Of a stretch of 49,522 nt of DNA, positions 45,635 to 49,522 are shown one piece after another (position 1 is the first letter of the stretch; each line of letters starts with the position of its first letter). The position numbers and the translations under genes were made by a program. This DNA is from Blastocatellia bacterium (GTDB lineage Bacteria; Acidobacteriota; Blastocatellia; RBC074): positions 1 through 49,522 of the forward strand of contig DATEMG010000417.1 of assembly GCA_035275805.1 (NCBI GenBank). Direction: 5' to 3'. The notes under the pieces are model-generated. The model saw only the letters and a list, made by a program, of their open reading frames with translations. It made no database searches and had not been told where the DNA came from.

Positions 45635-46060
45635 ATGCGAGTTATTGTCATGATTAGAGCCAATAAGGATACCGAAGCCGGCGTAATGCCGAGCGAAGAA
45701 CTGTTAACCGCGATGGGGAAATACAACGAAGAGCTTGTGAAGGCCGGAGTGATGCTCGCGGGCGAAGGGCTTCACCCAAGCTCGAAAGGCGCGCGCGTTA
45801 AGTCCGCCAAGGGCAAAATCACAGTGACCGACGGGCCGTTCACCGAGACGAAAGAGCTGATCTGTGGCTTCTGGATATGGCAGGTGAAGTCGATGGAAGA
45901 GGCGATCGAATGGGCCAGGCGCATGCCCAACCCGCATAACGAGGATGGCGAGGTCGAAATTCGCCCGGTCTTCGAGGCGGAGGACTTCGGCGAGGAGTTC
46001 ACTCCAGAACTCAGGGAGCAGGAGGATAGATTGCGCAGAGAGTTGGAATCAAAAAAATAG
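45635..46060 (+). CDS. YciI-family protein
   Basis: 141 aa. An AAGGAG RBS is present. MPSEELLTAMGKYNEELVKAGVMLAGEGLHPSSKGARV......VTDGPFTETKELICGFWIWQVKSMEEAIEWARR. Confidence 0.85.
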   Translation: MRVIVMIRANKDTEAGVMPSEELLTAMGKYNEELVKAGVMLAGEGLHPSSKGARVKSAKGKITVTDGPFTETKELICGFWIWQVKSMEEAIEWARRMPNPHNEDGEVEIRPVFEAEDFGEEFTPELREQEDRLRRELESKK

Positions 46061-46197
46061 CGGTGCGCAAACCCACAATCGCAAAACGGAAGGACGACAT
46101 ATGCAAAAGATCACCCTATTCCTGTGAGGGGAAATAGTCGCCGTAGCGACGGTTGAGAATAGGCCGGCGTTTATAGTCTTTGAGAAATAAATGGCCC

Positions 46198-46271
46198 GCC
46201 TTTGCGCCTTTGCGCGAGATTGGCTTCCTCGTTCGGGCGGCGGTTCTCGCAAAGGCGCAAAGGCGCAAAGG
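46198..46271. repeat. Octamer-based hairpin, copy B: (CCTTTGCG)x2 ... (CGCAAAGG)x3
   Basis: GCCTTTGCGCCTTTGCGCGAGAT occupies 46198-46220. TTCTCGCAAAGGCGCAAAGGCGCAAAGG occupies 46245-46271. The arm ends (..GCGAGA / TTCTCGC..) match those of copy A at 30990-31076. Confidence 0.8.
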
Positions 46272-46382
46272 ACGCGAAGGGAGACGCGCCTGCCATGGCG
46301 CCACTTAATTCTCAAAGACCATTAACGCCGGTGTCGAGTATTGACAAGCTTCATAATCGGGCGACCGTTTTCGGAGGCAAGC

Positions 46383-46790
46383 ATGAACGCGAAGAAGACC
46401 GTTAAAAGTAAAGGCCCAGGAGACGTGGGCGAATTCATGCGCGAGTTGGATCATCCTTTGAAGAGGGATATAGAGGCTGTTCGTCGGATCATCCTCAATG
46501 TCGATCCCGGGATCAGCGAAGCGATCAAATGGAACGCGCCGAGCTTTCGCACGACGGACTTTTTTGCGACCGTCAACCTTCGCTCCAGGGAATGCGTCCA
46601 ACTCATCTTCCACACGGGCGCAAAGGTGAAGGGCGCCGCGACGACGGGAATCAGTATCGCCGATCCCGCAGGCCTGTTGAAGTGGCTTGCCAAGGACCGC
46701 TGTCTCGTGACGCTCGGCGTCGGGAAAGACATTCAAATCAAGCGGGCGGCGTTTGAGGTCATCGTCCGCGAGTGGATCCGATGGGTATGA
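46383..46790 (+). CDS. DUF1801 domain protein
   Basis: The start is set at ATG 46383. VGEFMRELDHPLKRDIEAVRRIILNVDPGISEAIKWNAPSF is typical of DUF1801. Confidence 0.8.
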   Translation: MNAKKTVKSKGPGDVGEFMRELDHPLKRDIEAVRRIILNVDPGISEAIKWNAPSFRTTDFFATVNLRSRECVQLIFHTGAKVKGAATTGISIADPAGLLKWLAKDRCLVTLGVGKDIQIKRAAFEVIVREWIRWV

Positions 46791-46824
46791 TTCTCCGGAC
46801 GCGCGCTATCGATAAGGAGTTGAT

Positions 46825-47553
46825 ATGCCAGCAGGTGTGACCGCCGCGGAGTTTATCAAGAAGCTGAAAACTTACCGTTCGCCTGAAGAACTTAAGAAGA
46901 TTCAGCGATACTTCAAAACCGGCGCCGGCGAGTACGGCGAGGGCGATGAATTCATAGGCGTGCGCATGGGGCAGGTCTTCACGCTCGCCAAGGAGTTCAT
47001 TGAAATGCCGCCCGCTGAAATCGAGAAATTGCTCGAAAGCCCGATCCACGAAGCGAGGGCCGGCGCGTTGAGCATCATGGACAAACAAGCCCGCAGCAAA
47101 AAAACGCCCGAAAGTCGCAGGAAAGAGCTGTTCGATCTTTATGTCAGGCGTCATGACCGGATAAACAACTGGGATTTGGTGGACCTCGGCGCGCTCTACA
47201 TGGTCGGCAGCTACCTGTCCGACAAACCGCGAGACATCTTGTACAAGCTGGCGCGCTCTAAAAATATATGGGAACGCCGCACCGCCATCGTCGGCACGGC
47301 TTATTTCATCAGGAAAGGCGACGTGGCCGACGCGTTCAAGATCGCCGAGATATTGGTTAATGACAAAGAGGACCTGGTCCATAAGGCGACCGGGTGGATG
47401 CTACGCTTCGCCGGCGAGAAGGACCGTCAAAAGCTGCTGGGCTTTTTAGATCGCCACGCCGCCACTATGCCGCGAACCCTCTTACGTTACTCGATCGAGC
47501 GCCTTGATAAAAAACAAAGAGATCATTACATGGGATTGAAGAAGGCTGGGTAG
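46825..47553 (+). CDS. DNA alkylation repair protein (AlkD/AlkC-like HEAT-repeat glycosylase family)
   Basis: 242 aa. AAEFIKKLKTYRSPEELKKIQRYFKTG...EFIGVRMGQVF..AKEF...IHEARAGAL...NNWDLVD...WERRTAIV...HKATGWMLR. Confidence 0.85.
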   Translation: MPAGVTAAEFIKKLKTYRSPEELKKIQRYFKTGAGEYGEGDEFIGVRMGQVFTLAKEFIEMPPAEIEKLLESPIHEARAGALSIMDKQARSKKTPESRRKELFDLYVRRHDRINNWDLVDLGALYMVGSYLSDKPRDILYKLARSKNIWERRTAIVGTAYFIRKGDVADAFKIAEILVNDKEDLVHKATGWMLRFAGEKDRQKLLGFLDRHAATMPRTLLRYSIERLDKKQRDHYMGLKKAG

Positions 47554-47680
47554 CGCGACAGACCGCGGCCGAAAGCCTTGCGCTGCGGTTAACGGATTAT
47601 CGCGAACCTCGGCGCCGGGTTTTGCGTAAAGGTGAACAGCAACCCGACAGACCTTTATACTTTGGCCGAGGAGAAAGAAT

Positions 47681-49522
47681 ATGTTGAGATCGCTTGTCGC
47701 GCTGTTCAGTGTGATCGCGTCCGCTTCGTTTAGCCTTGCTCAAGCGCCGCAGCCGCTGCCTTTGCAAACGCCCGCAGTAAACCGCTCGCACATTGCTTTT
47801 GTTTACGCGGGCGAAATCTGGCTCGTCGAGCGCCAGGGAGGCGAAGCGCGCAAACTCTTCAATCAAGCAGGCGAGAAGGCAGCGCCGCGATTTTCGCCCG
47901 ACGGCTCACAAATCGCCTTCTCGCTGAATGTCGGCGACAACTTCGAGGTACACGTCGCGCCGGCTCAAGGTGGCGAGGCCAGGCGGTTGACCTGGCATCC
48001 TAAAGACGATTACCCCGTCGACTGGTCGCCCGACGGCAAACAGATTCTCTTTCGTTCATATCGCATCGCGGACGGCACGGCGCAACTGTTCAGCATCGCG
48101 GCGCAAGGCGGCTTTGAAACGCAATTGCCTTTCCCTCTGGCCTGGAATGGGTCGTTCTCGCCTGACGGCGCGCGCATAGCCTATTCGCCGACCAACGATC
48201 CGACCGTCGCCTGGCGCAATTATCGCGGCGGAACGAGCGCGCCGATTTGGCTGGCCAATCTGAATGATAGCGCTATCGAGCCGCTGCCGCGCGACAATTC
48301 CAACGACCGCTTGCCGATGTGGCTTGGCGACAGAGTCTATTTCGTCTCGGATCGCAGCGGGACGGCCAATCTGCACTGCTACGAAGTGAAGACCAGGAAG
48401 GTCAGCCAACTGACGAAGTTTGAAAAGTATGACATCCGCTCGGCCTCGACCGGCGGCGACGCGATCGTGTTTGTCCAAAACGGCGCGCTTCATCTTTACG
48501 ACTTGCAAGCGAATCAGGATCGCGTCGTGGCGGCGCGCGTGAAAGGTGATTTCGTCGAGACCAACCAGCGCGCGGTCAACGCCAATCGTTACATCCAGGC
48601 ATTTAATCTTTCGCCGAACGGCAGCCACGCCGTTTTTAGCGCGCGCGGCGATGTGCTCACCCTAAGCGACAAAGGCGAAGCGAGCAATTTGACCAATACA
48701 TCAGGCGTGGCGGAGCGATACGGCGTCTGGTCGCCTGACGGCAAATTGATAGCTTACTTTTCCGACGAATCGGGCGAGTATCAATTGCATTTGCGTCCCG
48801 CCGACGGCGTGGGCCAAGCGCGCAAGCTTGCGATTGAAAAGCGGCCGAGTTTCTATTCCGAGCCCGTCTGGTCGCCCGACTCCAGGAAGTTGGCGTTTTA
48901 CGATAAAGGTTCGGCGCTCTGGCTTGTAGATCTCGAAGCCGGGGAACAGAACGCAGCGCGGCGTCTCGACCAATCGGTACACCCTGAGAATGAATTCCTG
49001 AACAAGGCGTTTTCGCCCGACAGCCAATGGCTGGCTTACACGAAGAATCTGCCCAACCGGATGAAGGGGGTTTTTCTCTACTCGCTCGCCACAGGCAAAA
49101 GCTATCAGGTCAGCGACAGCCGTTTGTTCGCCGACTCTCCGGTCTTCGACGCCAACGGCAAATATCTCTACTTCACTGCAAGCGATAATTACGGTCCGCG
49201 CCGAGTCTTCGGCATGTCCGCCTTCCAATTCAGAACTCTGGCGACGCGCTATATTCACGCTGCGACGCTCAATGACGATGTCGTTTCGCCGGGCAATGCG
49301 GAACAAGCCAATTCTGGCGGCGCGAAAATCGATCCCGAAAACATTGACCGCCGCATCACCCGATTGCCGATGCCCGCGCGCGATTACGCCGGCCTGCTGG
49401 CCGGGAAAGCGGGTGTGCTCTTCGCCTATGAAGCGCGCAGCGACGGCCCTCCGGTGATTCATAAAATCGATGTCGCCGGGCGGCGCAACGAGCGGTTTTA
49501 TGAAGGCGCGAATAACTTCGCG
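47681..49522 (+). CDS. Tricorn-protease-like S41 peptidase with TolB-type beta-propellers (partial; 3' end outside window)
   Basis: Absent from the ORF track because it has no stop in the window. ATG 47681 follows GAGGAGAAAG. Signal peptide: MLRSLVALFSVIASASFSLAQA. Then HIAFVYAGEIWLVERQGGEARKL...PRFSPDGSQIAFS...WSPDGKQILF, with repeated SPDG motifs. I read the frame from 47681 to about 48810 and saw no stop, and it continues in frame with the tricorn-like motifs further on. The minus-strand ORFs at 48056-49462 are shadows. Confidence 0.8.
   Translation, partial: MLRSLVALFSVIASASFSLAQAPQPLPLQTPAVNRSHIAFVYAGEIWLVERQGGEARKLFNQAGEKAAPRFSPDGSQIAFSLNVGDNFEVHVAPAQGGEARRLTWHPKDDYPVDWSPDGKQILFRSYRIADGTAQLFSIAAQGGFETQLPFPLAWNGSFSPDGARIAYSPTNDPTVAWRNYRGGTSAPIWLANLNDSAIEPLPRDNSNDRLPMWLGDRVYFVSDRSGTANLHCYEVKTRKVSQLTKFEKYDIRSASTGGDAIVFVQNGALHLYDLQANQDRVVAARVKGDFVETNQRAVNANRYIQAFNLSPNGSHAVFSARGDVLTLSDKGEASNLTNTSGVAERYGVWSPDGKLIAYFSDESGEYQLHLRPADGVGQARKLAIEKRPSFYSEPVWSPDSRKLAFYDKGSALWLVDLEAGEQNAARRLDQSVHPENEFLNKAFSPDSQWLAYTKNLPNRMKGVFLYSLATGKSYQVSDSRLFADSPVFDANGKYLYFTASDNYGPRRVFGMSAFQFRTLATRYIHAATLNDDVVSPGNAEQANSGGAKIDPENIDRRITRLPMPARDYAGLLAGKAGVLFAYEARSDGPPVIHKIDVAGRRNERFYEGANNFA

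Noticed and set aside
46101-46127. Eight-codon ORF MQKITLFL-stop with a GGAAGGA RBS. It resembles the N-terminus (MQKITPFLWF) of PhnB-like VOC proteins and sits just before the copy B octamer hairpin.
   Set aside because: Only 8 codons are present, which is too little to support a pseudogene call. It could be chance. A BLASTX of 46061-46382 against relatives would decide.

Overview
GC-rich chromosomal segment that looks acidobacterial. The main clue is a PadR regulator translationally coupled to an ADOP-type duplicated FtsX permease. I support about 45 protein-coding genes or gene remnants. I recognised no rRNA, tRNA or CRISPR array by eye.

Layout:
- 1-8.5 kb, minus strand: PadR/ADOP permease, exported cyclase-family protein, SAM methyltransferase, DUF4432, a RAYT-like HUH transposase, NADP-dependent oxidoreductase.
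- 9-23 kb, plus strand: CHASE2 histidine kinase, sigma54-type (NtrC-family) response regulator, and a 1069-aa exported FecR-domain protein with a long Asn/Ala/Gly/Lys repeat linker and a beta-barrel-like C-terminus. These are followed by a poorly characterised cluster: a tail-anchored coiled-coil protein, a small bitopic protein, a decayed TonB remnant, an exported degenerate ASKHA (Ppx/NTPDase-like) protein, and a Zn-ribbon coiled-coil protein with 11 x 21-nt tandem repeats.
- 23.3-25.9 kb: panB, an archaeal-type phosphopantothenate synthetase homologue, and coaX.
- 26-35 kb: regulators and small genes (membrane LuxR + DUF4199, VOC proteins, LytS/LytTR pair, PDZ-GAF-SpoIIE phosphatase).
- 35-40 kb: tight co-directional array (alpha/beta hydrolase, VOC, DUF1801, LRR-like protein, nucleotidyltransferase, ABC exporter).
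- 40.5-49.5 kb: a divergent full-length UvrA, DUF2277, DUF1593, YciI, DUF1801, AlkD-like protein and a partial tricorn-like protease.

The intergenic DNA is unusually rich in long hairpin-forming repeats. There is a two-copy MITE-like element with 35-38 nt arms. Several hairpins have arms built from tandem 7-14 nt units: CCTTTGCG, GAATGCG, ATCCGCG, and a 14-mer.

Most interesting candidates: (1) the CHASE2 / sigma54 activator / FecR-barrel module together with the downstream coiled-coil/ASKHA cluster; (2) the hybrid panB-PPS-coaX operon. All family assignments come from motif recognition by eye, not from searches.
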